From NCBI GenBank assembly GCA_002189035.1, contig NEEC01000020.1, positions 1,915,592 to 1,979,591 on the forward strand: 64,000 nt of DNA, written 5' to 3'. Below the pieces are notes generated by a model, which had not been told where the DNA came from, ran no database searches, and saw nothing but the letters and a program-made list of their open reading frames with translations. The DNA is from Utricularia gibba. Lineage: Eukaryota; Plantae; Magnoliophyta. Below are positions 62,101 to 64,000 of the stretch, one piece after another (the stretch's first letter is position 1; each line of letters begins with the position of its first letter). The translations under genes were made by a program, and so were the position numbers.

Positions 62101-64000
62101 AGTGAGCGAAGCCATGTTTTCTGATGAATCCCAGTAATATGATGAATAGCATTTGAAGAATATTGGGGATATTGCAGAAGTGAATATACATACATTGCAC
62201 TAATTATAAGAAGTAAAAGCAAGAATTTAAGTTACACTTAAGTTTCTAATCAATAATATTGAGTTAGTAGTTGGGCTTCAAGTCTGCCTTATAGACTAAA
62301 ATATGTCTTCATTTTTTATGTGCGCTATTGAACTTCATGGGTCTTTTCGTTTATTTTGTTTGAATTGAATAATTTTAGGGCTCTATTGTATATTATAAAT
62401 ACTATACAAATGTACTCTTTGGGGGATTTTTGCTTGTTTTATGCATCTTGTGAAGCACTTACTCTTTTTTAAGTGATTGAATACATATGACTTATCAAGT
62501 TCTTGAACTTGTGATGTCTAAAGATCATCACTCGAAATTACTTCTCATTCTGAAATGGTTCTCCTGATATTCTCTTTTATTTTAAAGGGCATTTTGACCG
62601 CTGTAAAATCTTTAGATATAGTATGATTTCCATTGTAATTAGACCGGGTGCTGCATCTCATGCATACTACAGGAGCTATGGTGTAGTATTTCAACAAAAA
62701 TTCTTGTCCTTGTCTTCATAAGGGTTATTAGTGTCAAGGGGCTTTACGTCCTGGTGTTGACTCAGACTTGCAAAGATGTGGGCTTTTTTTTTACCATGGA
62801 TATGGGCCATGGCAATGGCGGTTCCAGATTGGCAATGCCTGTACTAGAAAAGCTGTCGTGATTATGAACCCTTTGTATTCACAACACCTTGTCCCAAAAA
62901 AGTAATTAGTTTATTGATGCTCCACTACTTTGAAAGGCATCGAAGGAGATGTTTAAATCATAAAATGGATTGAGCAAATCAGCCTTATGATGTGATGAGA
63001 TCATGTATGCCACAGATAATAACAATGAAAGTGAGAGAAGGATGGGCAATCTTCTGAAGCTCCACAATATTTGCAATCTCTTTATTCATCCCATGAAGTA
63101 ACTTAGTCATAGTTGCTTGCCTATCTTCATGAACATTGGCTCTATTCATCAAGATCTCCATTTCCTTCCAATATTCCTACACTGACCTTGAGCGGGCTTG
63201 AGATTCTGCTACCGTTGATAAACATTTCTTTGTAATGGTTTCGAACAAATCGCCTTCTCATTGTTGGAAGCATTTTACTCTTGCTAAAAGAAGGAATTGT
63301 GCAAGTTGATAATGTTTATTATTCACCAAACCTCAAACAAAACCTGTTGAGCTTTGGCCAATTGAGCAGGCAAGGTTTTGATATTAAGCTGATGAAGGAT
63401 GCGGGTGGTATAAACACTAAAGTTAAGGTTGTTGATCCAAAAACAAAGATTGAATTTCATGGTGTGTTGACCACCTACAACCTTTACGAAATCATGGTCA
63501 GTGATTGTAAAAGTTGTATTCTCTCACTTCAGGATCAAAGTAGCCTTTGGCACAAACGTTTTGGGCACTATAACTTCAACAATCTGAAAATATTGCAAAA
63601 AATAGGAAGTACTGGAATTGAAAGACATCAAGTTTGCCGATACCATATGTGAAGTGTGCCATCAAGGTAAACAGTGTAGAAATCCCTTTTATTCCAGTGA
63701 TTCAATAGCAAAGGAGAAATTAGAGCTTGTGCATACAGATGTTTGTGGACCATTTAAGGAATGTTCATTAGGGGATTAGATATTTTGTTACATTCATTGA
63801 TGATTATTCACGTTATTGTTGGGTTTACTTTCTTAAAAGCAAGTCAGAAGATCCTCATATCTTTCGAAAATTCAAAGTGATGATTGAGAATCAGAGTGGA
63901 TGCTCGTTGAAAATGATTAGATCACACAATGGAGGTGAATTCTGCAATAGCATGATGTCACTTTTGATAAAGGTGCAAGGTATACTTTAATTGATGATTG
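50186..64000 (-). repeat. Arm 2 of the giant inverted repeat (continues past the window end)
   Basis: Reverse complement of 26350-40173 with few visible differences. Confidence 0.98.
55151..57592 (-). CDS. CKI1: CKI1-like histidine kinase, copy 2 (mirror of copy 1) with an apparent 1-bp deletion at 56470-56471; pseudogene or sequencing error
   Basis: ORF translations match copy 1 except that ATG GGA GGA reads ATG GAG GAG AAA TTG AGA TAG, stopping just after the G2 box. Exons are about 57592-57196, 57111-56585, 56482-55455 and 55360-55151. Confidence 0.85.

Noticed and set aside
26350-64000. Plastid-like IR-SSC-IR architecture (organellar insertion)
   Set aside because: No rRNA, tRNA, ndh or ycf genes. 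The content is nuclear LTR elements and a spliceosomal-intron gene.
26350-64000. Simple fold-back (missing-adapter) chimeric read artefact
   Set aside because: Such chimeras have little or no spacer. Here there is a 10-kb unique spacer and a cluster of true substitutions at the inner edge. Other misassembly modes remain open.
1-64000. CRISPR arrays, rRNA or tRNA genes
   Set aside because: No regularly spaced repeats or RNA-gene signatures seen. The PBS motifs are tRNA-complementary sites, not tRNA genes.

Overview
AT-rich, retrotransposon-dense plant (angiosperm) nuclear window. It holds two recognisable host genes among nested, decayed Ty1/copia and Ty3/gypsy (mostly CRM-type) elements. (1) A 13-exon aromatic L-amino-acid decarboxylase (AADC/TyDC family) at 3763-6255 (-), plus the 3' stub of a destroyed tandem paralog at about 14.1-15.1 kb. 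(2) A CKI1-like hybrid histidine kinase (single TM + HK + receiver, about 720 aa, apparently lacking the N-terminal TM and ectodomain), present twice. The two copies arise because the right 60% of the window is a giant near-perfect inverted repeat: arm 1 is 26350-40173, a unique spacer of about 10 kb is 40174-50185, and arm 2 is 50186-64000 and runs off the window end. The kinase copies point toward each other. The arms are almost identical except for a few 1-3 bp indels, one of which frameshifts copy 2, and a cluster of substitutions in the innermost ~300 bp. The most interesting candidate system is a palindrome-embedded, sensor-less CKI1 in CRM-rich heterochromatin, resembling palindromic reproductive-control loci. 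An assembly artefact or consensus collapse must be excluded first. All comparisons were made by eye; no database searches were run.
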